A stretch of 64,000 nt of DNA from an uncultured bacterium (GTDB taxonomy: Bacteria; Chlamydiota; Chlamydiia; Chlamydiales; SLFE01): NCBI GenBank assembly GCA_964584775.1, contig CAZPBC010000002.1, forward strand, positions 19,627 through 83,626. Direction: 5' to 3'. Within the stretch, counting starts at the first letter, position 1, and every line of letters begins with the position of its first letter. The position numbers were made by a program, and so were the translations under genes. The notes under the pieces are model-generated. The model was not told the DNA's origin. It saw only the letters and a program-made list of their open reading frames with translations, and made no database searches. Below, in pieces: positions 28,094-37,011 of this stretch.

Positions 28094-28704
28094 AGAAAAA
28101 AGAGCGCATCGAATTCATCATTCAAGAACTCGAACGCCTCTATCCTGATCCACAAGTCCCCTTGAGCCACACAAGCCACTACACCCTCCTCATCGCCGTC
28201 CTCCTCTCTGCCCAGTGCACAGACGAAAGGGTCAACCTCACGACTCCCCGCCTCTTCAAAAAAGCGGACACCCCAGAAAAGATGATGCACCTTGAACTCG
28301 AGGAAATTGAAGAGATCATCCGTCCGATTGGGCTCACGAAACAAAAAGCAAGAGCCCTCAAAGAGCTGTCCAAGATCTTGGTGGAGAAACATGGAGGAGA
28401 GGTGCCATCGACTTTTGAGGAGTTAGAAGCATTGCCAGGTGTGGGGCACAAGACAGCTTCTGTGGTGATGACTCAGGCCTTTCATCTCCCCGCTTTTCCG
28501 GTCGACACACACATCCACCGGCTCGCAGAGCGCTGGAAGCTCTCTAGCGGAAAAAATGTCGTCCAGACAGAGAAAGATCTGAAGCGTTGCTTTCCAGAAG
28601 CGCTTTGGAACAAGCTCCACCTACAAATCATCTTCTTTGGAAGAGAGTATTGTCCTGCAAGAGGGCACGATAAAAAGCAGTGCCCTATCTGCTCAAGAAT
28701 TTAG
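28090..28704 (+). CDS. nth: Endonuclease III (Nth)
   Basis: 204 aa; LLSAQCTDERVN, HhH LPGVGHKTASVV, FPVDTHIHR. ATGA overlap with mnmE. The C-terminal Cys cluster reads only C-X9-C-X2-C. Confidence 0.88.
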   Translation: MKKKERIEFIIQELERLYPDPQVPLSHTSHYTLLIAVLLSAQCTDERVNLTTPRLFKKADTPEKMMHLELEEIEEIIRPIGLTKQKARALKELSKILVEKHGGEVPSTFEELEALPGVGHKTASVVMTQAFHLPAFPVDTHIHRLAERWKLSSGKNVVQTEKDLKRCFPEALWNKLHLQIIFFGREYCPARGHDKKQCPICSRI

Positions 28705-28714
28705 ATGTAAAAAA

Positions 28715-29206
28715 TTAGGCGCCACAGGAAGTGTCTCTACCCGTCCCTGCACACTCTGCATCAATCAAATTCCAGATTTGCAAAGAAGGGAATTCACCAA
28801 AGACCTTTTCGTAGAGATCAGAAAACTTCTGTTTTTTAGCTAAGTGCTCTTCAAGAGTCGTAGTATCTTCGCTGGTCCTCGGCTTATGGTGAATAAAGGA
28901 GCCGAGCGCACTTTCACAAAAGTGAGCGTATTCTTGTGTAAAGAGGATAAAGGTGTGCCAGAGGTGGTCGACCGCGCTGGAACACATCGGCACCGTCTCA
29001 TCAGAATAGATCTTTGCAATAACGAAGAACCGTTTGAGTTCCTTTTCAAGAGAAGCAGCCTCTTCGAACGATCCACCGTAATCACGTTGATAGCGTTCGA
29101 GGACATGGTGAGAGATCGGAGTCTCCATCACACGTTGTGTCATCTCCTCCTTTCCTGCAAAGAGTAAGATGGGAAGAATGAAAAAAAGAAAGGATGCTCT
29201 TTTCAT
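28715..29206 (-). CDS. Secreted hypothetical protein (motif resembles GRDP/DUF1399-like proteins)
   Basis: 163 aa with a signal peptide (FLFFILPILLFAG). The VDHLWHTFILFTQEYAHFC motif gives only low confidence for the family. Confidence 0.6.
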   Translation of the reverse strand: MKRASFLFFILPILLFAGKEEMTQRVMETPISHHVLERYQRDYGGSFEEAASLEKELKRFFVIAKIYSDETVPMCSSAVDHLWHTFILFTQEYAHFCESALGSFIHHKPRTSEDTTTLEEHLAKKQKFSDLYEKVFGEFPSLQIWNLIDAECAGTGRDTSCGA

Positions 29207-29271
29207 AAAATAACCCTCGTTTTGTCAAAGATGATAGAGAGTCAAAGGCATGTTGTCAACAACCTGGATCC

Positions 29272-30318
29272 TCAGAAGCCGACACGGATGCCGCCGTAGA
29301 GTCCATGAAGCATCAGGTTAGAGCCGTTATCCGAAGTGGACCCACCCCCGGCACCAGTCACAGCACCTGCAGTTCCATCGAAAATATTCTCTTGCCAAAG
29401 CTTGCGTATCTGAGGAAGGTTCCACCAGTTGATGAACTCATATCCCAAGTGCAGATCGATATGGCGTCCACAATAACAGATTTTATAGGAGAGCCCTGTT
29501 TGGAGATGGACACCAGGGGTGCAGAGTGGGTAATCGGAAATGATATCGCAAAACGCAAAAAACTCTTCTTGATTGACAAAGGTCTCAATGTAAGCCTCTG
29601 ACTCCTGATAGCCTGCAACAACGGAAAACGCTCCACGGACAATCCAATCCAAACCGCACATCCAAGAAAGACGGTAATCGGTACCGAGTTCAAAACCGAG
29701 TGCCTTGTAGTCGGAGTTCCAAAGAGCAATCTCACACAATAAGTTACAGTCGGGCACTCGAGAATCAATATTCTGTTCGAGGCGGAGTCCTTGGAGACCA
29801 AAAAAGGTGTTGATACAGTGCCCTTCACAGAGAGAAAATTGACGTCCGACAAGCAGGTCGACTGTCTGATAGTGCAGGGTATTTATGCTCATCAGTTGCC
29901 CTACTGGAAAACCGGATGGGTTGTAGAGGGACTCCAAGTATAAAGTCGTAGGGCTATCACCACAGCAATCTGCACTATCAGATTGACGGGTCCAGAAGTA
30001 GGTATAGTGAGCCATCAACTGATAATCACAGTGGCAGCCGAGTGGGGAAGCTAGATGGATGCGGAATCCTGGATCCCAGCGGTACTCAACAGAAAGGTAG
30101 TCCACATCGGTGACTCCATTCTCTTCTTGCACATAGGCAGCATAATCCTGGCCCGTCTTACACGCGTGCCAGTAGAGAACATCCACGCCCACCTCTAAAT
30201 CATCAAAAAGGCAACAATCCGTAAGACAACCACACGTTCCTCCATAAACAGTACCCACCTGCACGATGAAGGCAACCAAAAATCCGAATAAGAAACGTGT
30301 GGCGTTGGTCATGAACAT
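29272..30318 (-). CDS. Cysteine-rich beta-barrel outer membrane protein, paralogue 1 (most divergent)
   Basis: 348 aa with a signal peptide. DVLYWHACK, SDYKALGFELG, LCTPGVHLQTGLSY, C-terminal NLMLHGLYGGIRVGF. Confidence 0.85.
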   Translation of the reverse strand: MFMTNATRFLFGFLVAFIVQVGTVYGGTCGCLTDCCLFDDLEVGVDVLYWHACKTGQDYAAYVQEENGVTDVDYLSVEYRWDPGFRIHLASPLGCHCDYQLMAHYTYFWTRQSDSADCCGDSPTTLYLESLYNPSGFPVGQLMSINTLHYQTVDLLVGRQFSLCEGHCINTFFGLQGLRLEQNIDSRVPDCNLLCEIALWNSDYKALGFELGTDYRLSWMCGLDWIVRGAFSVVAGYQESEAYIETFVNQEEFFAFCDIISDYPLCTPGVHLQTGLSYKICYCGRHIDLHLGYEFINWWNLPQIRKLWQENIFDGTAGAVTGAGGGSTSDNGSNLMLHGLYGGIRVGF

Positions 30319-30327
30319 CCTCAGGCG

Positions 30328-31329
30328 TTAGAAGCCGACACCCATGCCTACAAAGAGGCCGTGCATCATCAAGTTTCCACCTGTAGACGAAGTCGTTGTC
30401 TGCTGCCCTGCAATCCCATATTGACGGATCTGTGCGACATTCCACCAATCGGTGAACTCATATCCAATGCGGAAGGTGAAATCGCGGTCGCACCAGCATT
30501 TGTCGTAAGAGAGTCCCACCTGTAGATGAACACCTGGGGTGCAGAGACCCTTATCGTCGCTATACTCTCTCGCTCCTATGAAGGTGTCACTCACAAAAAA
30601 CGACTCCTCTCTCTCAACATCGTTGCAACCAGCCACGAAGGAGACACCCGCACGGGTGAAGAGTCCTAAACCACATTCAAGGTCATAGTTGTAAAGAGCT
30701 CCAAGCTCAAGACCGAGAGCTTTGTAATCAGAGATCCAGGATAAGTCGGTAAAGTTGCCAATCGCAACCGTCTGGTTACGCTGGACCAGTCCCTGACGGA
30801 TTTTGACTCCTTGGATTCCAAAGAAGGGCTTGATCTTCTGACACTTACAGAAGCAGAACTCATACCCAAGAAGCACATCAAAGGTTTGATAAGTGAGCGT
30901 GTTCCTTGCATCGATCTCACCAAGAGTGCTGTTAGGATCAGAACCGTTGGAGCTGATCAAAGCCACATTGGTTCCCGATTCCACATGATCACTTCCGCTC
31001 GCCCAAAGATAGGTGTAGGATGCACACATGTCCCAGCCGCAATAGACATTTTCTTTTCCTGCATAGAGACGGAACCCAGGCTCCCAGCCCATCGGAGCGT
31101 AGTGGGGCTCAGCAGCTGTCAAATTTGTGACAGAGGTGTCGATGGTGACACCATACTGAGGGTTATCCTTGCAAACATTCCAGAAAAGAAAGTCAGCGCC
31201 GACACTCCAACCCCCACAGGGATCGAAGCACTCATCGGTCGGGCAGCATTGATCTGCCTGTATTGGAGACACTTGAAGTGCAAACAACGCACTCAAAGTG
31301 AGTAGTTTTCGGAAAAATTGGCTCATCAA
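30328..31329 (-). CDS. Cysteine-rich beta-barrel OMP, paralogue 2
   Basis: 333 aa; signal peptide, CCPTDECFDPCGGWSVGADFLFWNVCK, CFCKCQ, LCTPGVHLQVGLSYDKCWCD, NLMMHGLFVGMGVGF. Confidence 0.88.
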   Translation of the reverse strand: MMSQFFRKLLTLSALFALQVSPIQADQCCPTDECFDPCGGWSVGADFLFWNVCKDNPQYGVTIDTSVTNLTAAEPHYAPMGWEPGFRLYAGKENVYCGWDMCASYTYLWASGSDHVESGTNVALISSNGSDPNSTLGEIDARNTLTYQTFDVLLGYEFCFCKCQKIKPFFGIQGVKIRQGLVQRNQTVAIGNFTDLSWISDYKALGLELGALYNYDLECGLGLFTRAGVSFVAGCNDVEREESFFVSDTFIGAREYSDDKGLCTPGVHLQVGLSYDKCWCDRDFTFRIGYEFTDWWNVAQIRQYGIAGQQTTTSSTGGNLMMHGLFVGMGVGF

Positions 31330-31395
31330 AAGCTCCTTGTCTCGTTAAAAAATTGCTATATTATTCTGAAGATAGGTCAACGGACGATTTAGTGC

Positions 31396-31428
31396 AAAAA
31401 AAGGAGCCCTAAAAAGGACTCCTTTTTC
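31396..31428 (-). terminator. Bidirectional hairpin terminator after OMP paralogue 3
   Basis: A-run, GGAGCCC-taaaaa-GGACTCC, T-run. Lies 24 nt beyond the stop. Confidence 0.6.
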
Positions 31429-31452
31429 TTTAAATCAGCTAGACGGATCCGT

Positions 31453-32439
31453 TTAGAAGCCGACATTCGCTCCTAAGAAGAGACCGTGCATCATCAGGTT
31501 TCCGCCTGTCGAATGTGTCGAAGTGGGAAGACCCGATGCAGGGTAGCGGCGCACCAATGGAACATTCCACCAGTTTTGGAACTCATATCCCACACGGAAA
31601 CCAAAGTCCCATCCACACCAGCACTTCTCGTAGGTCAATCCCACTTGCAGTTGCAGTCCAGGGGTACAAAGGCCTCTGTCATCTATTAAATCATTTACAA
31701 AAATGGAAGAACCATTGTTCACAAGGTCAACCAATTCAGAGTCGTCGTTTCCAGCAACAAAAGAGACGGCCGTTTTTGTGAAGAGTCCTACTCCACAATC
31801 CAAGTCGTAGCTATAGACCGTTCCAAGCTCGAGCCCAAGAGCTTTGTAGTCCGACTGCCAACCTACAGCATTGAGACTCAAAGTAGGGCTTGATTGAAGG
31901 ATCTCAACTTGAGCATATTGTTGCTTAATTTTTACGCCTTGAATCCCAAAGAAAGGTCTGATTCTCTGACACTTGCAGAAGCAAAACTCATATCCTAAGA
32001 GAACATCGAATGTCTGGTATGTCAGGTTGTTTTGAGCTGCGATTGCTTCAGCAGGCTTCTGAGTTAATCCAATGGTGTTGACAAGGGTAGAGTTGGTATC
32101 GTCAAGTCCCTTCGTATCGCCATCGGCAGAAACACGTGTGTAAGAAGCATAGAAGTCCCATCCGCAGAAAACATTTTCTTTTCCTAGGAAGACGCGGAAT
32201 CCAGGCTCCCATCCAATTGGAGCGTACTGGTATGTGGCTTCAAGTTCGTTGGTCGAGCTCACGAGCGTCGCCGCATAGTCAGGGTTGTCTTTACAGATAT
32301 TCCAGTATAGGAAGTCCGCACCGACGCTCCATCCACCACACGGATCAAAGCATTCATCTTGTGGACAGCAGTTATCTGCCTGAATATGAGCAGCTTGCAT
32401 TGAAACTAATGCCAGTGCTGCAAAGAAAATTCGTTTCAT
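31453..32439 (-). CDS. Cysteine-rich beta-barrel OMP, paralogue 3
   Basis: 328 aa; CCPQDECFDPCGGWSVGADFLYWNICK; C-terminal NLMMHGLFLGANVGF. Confidence 0.88.
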   Translation of the reverse strand: MKRIFFAALALVSMQAAHIQADNCCPQDECFDPCGGWSVGADFLYWNICKDNPDYAATLVSSTNELEATYQYAPIGWEPGFRVFLGKENVFCGWDFYASYTRVSADGDTKGLDDTNSTLVNTIGLTQKPAEAIAAQNNLTYQTFDVLLGYEFCFCKCQRIRPFFGIQGVKIKQQYAQVEILQSSPTLSLNAVGWQSDYKALGLELGTVYSYDLDCGVGLFTKTAVSFVAGNDDSELVDLVNNGSSIFVNDLIDDRGLCTPGLQLQVGLTYEKCWCGWDFGFRVGYEFQNWWNVPLVRRYPASGLPTSTHSTGGNLMMHGLFLGANVGF

Positions 32440-32506
32440 CGATCACTCCATTTTTGATCAGTTCAAAATATATTTCCTCCTTATAAAACATTTTCTTATT
32501 AACAAC

Positions 32507-32536
32507 AAAAAAAAAGAGCTTCAAAGAAGCTCTTTT
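32507..32536 (-). terminator. Bidirectional hairpin terminator after OMP paralogue 4
   Basis: A-run, AAGAGCTTC-aaa-GAAGCTCTT, T-run. Lies 25 nt beyond the stop. Confidence 0.65.
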
Positions 32537-32561
32537 GCACATTATGAATTCATTGACCGGA

Positions 32562-33542
32562 CTAAAAACCCACATCCATGCCAAGAAAGAGGCCATGCAT
32601 CATCAGATGCCCATCGTTTCCAGAGGTCGAAGCGAAGAAAACGGGTACAGCGTACTCGCGAATCTGTGCTACATTCCACCAGTTCGTGAATTCATAGCCA
32701 ATATGAAAGTTGAAGACCCTCTCACACCAGCAATGGTCGTAGTTCAAACCGAGCTGAAGATGCATTCCAGGGGTGCAGAGGCTCGTTTCACTTTTAATAT
32801 CACGCCTGAATATGGAAACACCCCCAGACGTCTCTTCAAAGACCAGATCATCGCTCGTTCCCGCCACAAAAGAAACTGAGGCTCTGGTGAAGAGTCCTAG
32901 TCCGCAGTCGAGGTTGTAGCTGTAAATGGAACCCAGCTCAAGACCGAGGGCCTTGTAGTCAGAGTTCCAAATGACCTTGTTGATCGTTGGAGCCTGGAAG
33001 AACTCGCTCAGTTGGTCGAAATTCTGCTCAAGGCGGACTCCCTGAATTCCAAAGAAGGGTTTGATGGTTTGACACTGGCAAAAACAGTAGTCATAGCCCA
33101 AAAGCACTTCAAATGTTTGGTAATTGAGGGTGTTCTTTGCTGTCGCAGCTGCCACGTTGTTCTGGAAAATCCCTGTGGTCACCACAAAGGTGGTATTCTC
33201 ATTTTCAACGCGGTCATGCCCGCTTGCATACATATAAGTGTAAGAGGCAGAGAGATCCCACCCACAAAACACGTTCTCCTTACCCGCATAGACTCTGAAA
33301 CCAGGTTCCCAGCCATAAGTGGCATAATGATAGGTGTTGTCTAGAACATCGACCACACCCGTTTCGATGGTAACGGCATAGTTTGGGTTGTTTTTACAGA
33401 CGTTCCAGTAGAGAAAATCAACGCCGACGTTCCAACCACCACATGGGTCAAAGCACTCATTCGTCGGGCAGCAGTCATCCGCTTGGACTAGTGCACACTG
33501 CAAGAAAACAACCGCTAAAGCCGCAGATAAAACTCTTTTCAT
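32562..33542 (-). CDS. Cysteine-rich beta-barrel OMP, paralogue 4
   Basis: 326 aa; CCPTNECFDPCGGWNVGVDFLYWNVCK; HLMMHGLFLGMDVGF. Confidence 0.88.
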   Translation of the reverse strand: MKRVLSAALAVVFLQCALVQADDCCPTNECFDPCGGWNVGVDFLYWNVCKNNPNYAVTIETGVVDVLDNTYHYATYGWEPGFRVYAGKENVFCGWDLSASYTYMYASGHDRVENENTTFVVTTGIFQNNVAAATAKNTLNYQTFEVLLGYDYCFCQCQTIKPFFGIQGVRLEQNFDQLSEFFQAPTINKVIWNSDYKALGLELGSIYSYNLDCGLGLFTRASVSFVAGTSDDLVFEETSGGVSIFRRDIKSETSLCTPGMHLQLGLNYDHCWCERVFNFHIGYEFTNWWNVAQIREYAVPVFFASTSGNDGHLMMHGLFLGMDVGF

Positions 33543-33591
33543 AAATCCTCCATTTTAAAATTTGAAAATAGAGCAATTGATCATTTAGCAC

Positions 33592-33625
33592 AAAAAAAAA
33601 GAGCCTCACCTGGAGACTCTTTTTC
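33592..33625 (-). terminator. Hairpin terminator of OMP paralogue 5, displaced from the stop codon by the repeat insertion
   Basis: A9, GAGCCTC-acctg-GAGACTC, T-run. Confidence 0.55.
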
Positions 33626-33651
33626 ACTTTAGAATTCCTAGAGCTCGCTTG

Positions 33652-33815
33652 CCTGGATATTTCATGAAGACTTGTGAAAATGGGGCAAAATGACCGGCAA
33701 ATTCGATAGAACTCACTTGAAGGGAAGGGTTCTACACCCTTTCCGAGAGGGAGTTCTATCGAAGTTGATGAAGGCATTTTGTGACAGTTTTGCGAGTGTT
33801 TATGAAATATCCAGG
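33652..33815. repeat. 164-bp palindromic MITE-like element, copy A
   Basis: Termini are CCTGGATATTTCATGAAGAC... and ...TTTATGAAATATCCAGG. Internal arms pair (TTCGATAGAACTC on both arms) and the centre is GGGAAGGGTTCTACACCCTTTCC. Homologous along its full length to 41183-41347. Directly abuts the stop codon of OMP paralogue 5. Confidence 0.75.
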
Positions 33816-34805
33816 CTAAAACCCGACATCCATGCCCACAAAGAGACCGTGCATCATGAGGTGTCCGTTATTTAGGTTGGTCGAAGAGGGAATATTCCTA
33901 TCAGCAAAGCGAGGAGCCTGTCCCACATTCCACCAATGAGTAAACTCATACCCGACATGGAAGCTCAACTCTTTTTCACACCAGCAGTGATCGTAGTTCA
34001 GACCGACTTGAAGGTGCATTCCCGGAGTGCAGAGGCCCGTTTCGAGTTTAAACTCCTCTGTCGTCACTGTCATCCCCTGCGAGGTCTCTTCAAAAAGTAC
34101 ACCATCGTTGGTTCCGGCGACTAAAGAGGCAGAGGCTCTCGTAAAGAGTCCTACCCCACAGTCAAGGTTGTAGCTGTACAGAGAGCCGAGCTCAAGGCCG
34201 AGCGCTTTGTAGTCAGAGTTCCAAATCACCTTATTGTTGTTTGGAGCTTGCAAGAACTCGCTGAACTGATCGAAGTTCTGCTCCAGGCGCAGACCCTGGA
34301 TTCCGAAGAAGGGCTTGATGGTTTGGCACTGACAAAAGCAGTAGTCATAGCCCATCAGAACTTCAAATGTTTGGTAATTGAGGCTGTTTTTCGCTGTCAC
34401 TGCTGCGACATCGCCCAGAAAAACCCCTGTGGTGACCACGATGGTCATATTTTCATTGTCTACACGGTCCTGCCCGCTTGCATAGATGTAGCTATAAGAA
34501 GCTGCGAGATCCCATCCACAAAAGACATTCTCCTTGCCTGCGTAGACCCTGAAACCGGGTTCCCAGCCATAGCCTGCAAAGTGATAGGTGAAGTCAAGGT
34601 CATCGACCACACCCGTTTGGATGGTCACGGCGTAGTCTGGGTTGTTTTTACAGACGTTCCAATAAAGAAAATCGACACCCACACTCCATCCACCGCAAGG
34701 ATCAAAGCATTCACTTGTCGGACAGCAGTCGTCTGCTGAAAGGGAAGAAGCATGTACAGAGAAGAGAGCTAAGAGAGCGAGAAAACTGGATTTAAATGAG
34801 TTCAT
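33816..34805 (-). CDS. Cysteine-rich beta-barrel OMP, paralogue 5
   Basis: 329 aa; CCPTSECFDPCGGWSVGVDFLYWNVCK; HLMMHGLFVGMDVGF. Confidence 0.88.
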   Translation of the reverse strand: MNSFKSSFLALLALFSVHASSLSADDCCPTSECFDPCGGWSVGVDFLYWNVCKNNPDYAVTIQTGVVDDLDFTYHFAGYGWEPGFRVYAGKENVFCGWDLAASYSYIYASGQDRVDNENMTIVVTTGVFLGDVAAVTAKNSLNYQTFEVLMGYDYCFCQCQTIKPFFGIQGLRLEQNFDQFSEFLQAPNNNKVIWNSDYKALGLELGSLYSYNLDCGVGLFTRASASLVAGTNDGVLFEETSQGMTVTTEEFKLETGLCTPGMHLQVGLNYDHCWCEKELSFHVGYEFTHWWNVGQAPRFADRNIPSSTNLNNGHLMMHGLFVGMDVGF

Positions 34806-34869
34806 GAAGGGTCCTCCGACTTGTTTGTTCTCAAAATAGACTTTTCACGAATTTAGAACAAAAAAAGGA

Positions 34870-34903
34870 GCCTCAAAAGAGACTCCCTTTTTTAGTCATT
34901 GGT
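34870..34903 (-). terminator. Bidirectional hairpin terminator after OMP paralogue 6
   Basis: A7, GGAGCCTC-aaaa-GAGACTCC, T-run. Lies 13 nt beyond the stop. Confidence 0.6.
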
Positions 34904-34916
34904 ACAAACAACGGGC

Positions 34917-35924
34917 TTAGAAGCCGACGTCCATTCCAAGCACAAGACCGTGCATCATGAGGCTTTCGCCTGAAGCAGAAGTCGTTGTGAAGTTACCTGG
35001 AGAAGGGAAGCGGCGAGCTTGTGCCACATTCCACCACTCTTGGAACTCGTATCCAACATGGAATGTAAAGATACGGTCACACCAGCACTTGTCGTAGCAG
35101 AAAAGAACCTGCAGGTTCAGTCCAGGTGTGCAAAGTCCAGAGTCCGAACGGAAAGTCTGTGTTGTATCTGTAGAAACACCGTCAGTAAACTGGATGTTTT
35201 TTACATCGTTGTTACCAGCTACGAGAGAAACACCCGCTTTAGTGCAGAAGTTTAGTCCGCACTCAAAGGCGTACTTGTAGCTAGATCCAAACTCAAGACC
35301 GAGAGCTTTGTAATCAGATGTCCAAGAGACTGTCTGAGACTCAGCAGCTGTCTCGTTACGAGCATCAAGACCTTGCTTGATTTTCACACCTTGAAGACCA
35401 AAGAAAGGAGTAAAGAGGTGTCCTTGGCAGATGCAGCACTCGTAGTGCATCAACACATCAAAAGTTTGATAGTTGAGTGTGTTCTTCGCTTCTATTGCAG
35501 TCAAGCTGTTGAGAGGCTGGAAGAAGTAAGTCGATCCCAATCCAACGATTGGAGATGCGAGCTCTACACGCTCATGACCGGTTGCGTAGTAGTCGGTGTA
35601 AGAAACCGTTAGGTCCCATCCGCAGTAGACGTTTTCTTTACCAAGGCGTAGACGGAAGCCAGGGTTCCAGCCCATATCTACATAGTGGTCTGTTACAGCA
35701 GTTGTATTTGAGTCAACCTGCACATTTGAAGTTCCGTACAGTAGGTTTCCTCTGCAGGCTTTCCAATACAGGAAGTCCGCACCGAAGCTCCATCCCCCGC
35801 AAGGGTCGAAGCACTCATCACAGCAGTCACTATTAGCATAATGATACTCTGCCTGAACTTGGGCTGTCATCAATGTGAAGATGGAAAGCAGCCCTAAGCT
35901 AAAATTTCGAATTTGATTTTTCAT
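34917..35924 (-). CDS. Cysteine-rich beta-barrel OMP, paralogue 6
   Basis: 335 aa; CCDECFDPCGGWSFGADFLYWKACR; SLMMHGLVLGMDVGF. Confidence 0.88.
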   Translation of the reverse strand: MKNQIRNFSLGLLSIFTLMTAQVQAEYHYANSDCCDECFDPCGGWSFGADFLYWKACRGNLLYGTSNVQVDSNTTAVTDHYVDMGWNPGFRLRLGKENVYCGWDLTVSYTDYYATGHERVELASPIVGLGSTYFFQPLNSLTAIEAKNTLNYQTFDVLMHYECCICQGHLFTPFFGLQGVKIKQGLDARNETAAESQTVSWTSDYKALGLEFGSSYKYAFECGLNFCTKAGVSLVAGNNDVKNIQFTDGVSTDTTQTFRSDSGLCTPGLNLQVLFCYDKCWCDRIFTFHVGYEFQEWWNVAQARRFPSPGNFTTTSASGESLMMHGLVLGMDVGF

Positions 35925-35961
35925 TTAAAAATCGCTCCTTATTGATTCATATATTTTGGGC

Positions 35962-36975
35962 TTAGAAGCCAATATCCATTCCAACAAATAGTCCGTGCAT
36001 CATCAAGTTTCCGATAGAGCCTGATGTTGTCACGTTGCCTCCAGGTAGAGGATGTTGACGCACTTGTGGGATATTCCACCAGTCTTGGAACTCGTATCCA
36101 GCGTGGAAGCTGAAGACACGGTCACACCAGCACTTCTCGAAAGAGAATCCAACTTGAACGTGCATTCCTGGAGAGCAGTACCCAGGATTTCCAGTGAACT
36201 CTAAACTTTCAATCGCAGAACCATCGTCAATCTGTTCAATATCTTGATAGTCGTTGTTACCAGCAACAAGGGAAAGAGACGCTTTTGTGAAGAGTCCGAG
36301 TCCACACTGTAGGCTGTACTGGTACATCGTTCCAAGCTCAAGACCTAGAGCTTTGTAAGTCGACTCCCATGCGATTGTTTCTATGGGAAACTCGTCGTCA
36401 GTAAGGTGTGCAAGAGAGTCAAAGTTTTGCTGAATACGAACGCCTTGAATTCCAAAGAAAGGCTTCACAGACTGGCACTCACAGAAGCAGTACTCATATC
36501 CCATAAGGACATCAAAATCTTGATACTGAAGGCTGTTCTTCGCGTTGATGTCGAAGAGGCTGTCAGAAGTAAAGCCCACTGTATTCACAAGGGTATTGTT
36601 TCCAGCTTCAACAAAGTTGCTTCCGTTGGAGCGGAAGAAAGTATAAGAGGCTGAGAGATCCCATCCACAGTAGACGTTCTCTTTGCCAAGACGGATACGG
36701 AATCCAGGATCCCAGCCCGTATTCGCATACTTGTAGGTCGTTGTGGTCACTGGGGGATTGTTGTCGTCAATGACGACTGCAAAATCAGGGTTGTTTTTGC
36801 AGGCATGCCAGTAAAGGAAGTCAATTCCGACGCTCCAACCACCGCACATGTCACCCACGTCGCAGCAGCTAAAGCAGTCTGTCTCAGGGCAGCAGGTCGC
36901 TGCACTTGCCTGTGCCGTCACCATGGTGAACGCTGCAAGCAAACTTAAGCTTAAGTTTTTGATTGTTTTATTCAT
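35962..36975 (-). CDS. Cysteine-rich beta-barrel OMP, paralogue 7
   Basis: 337 aa; CCPETDCFSCCDVGDMCGGWSVGIDFLYWHACK; NLMMHGLFVGMDIGF. Confidence 0.88.
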   Translation of the reverse strand: MNKTIKNLSLSLLAAFTMVTAQASAATCCPETDCFSCCDVGDMCGGWSVGIDFLYWHACKNNPDFAVVIDDNNPPVTTTTYKYANTGWDPGFRIRLGKENVYCGWDLSASYTFFRSNGSNFVEAGNNTLVNTVGFTSDSLFDINAKNSLQYQDFDVLMGYEYCFCECQSVKPFFGIQGVRIQQNFDSLAHLTDDEFPIETIAWESTYKALGLELGTMYQYSLQCGLGLFTKASLSLVAGNNDYQDIEQIDDGSAIESLEFTGNPGYCSPGMHVQVGFSFEKCWCDRVFSFHAGYEFQDWWNIPQVRQHPLPGGNVTTSGSIGNLMMHGLFVGMDIGF

Positions 36976-37011
36976 AGAGTTCTTACTCCTTGTTTGTTTT
37001 CGTTAAACTTT

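Noticed and set aside
30811-35836. Plus-strand ORFs opposite the OMP genes (30811-31305, 33012-33344, 34248-34739, 35549-35836 and others)
   Set aside because: They recur only because the underlying OMP paralogues recur. The minus-strand frames have signal peptides, conserved Cys patterns and a terminal beta-signal.
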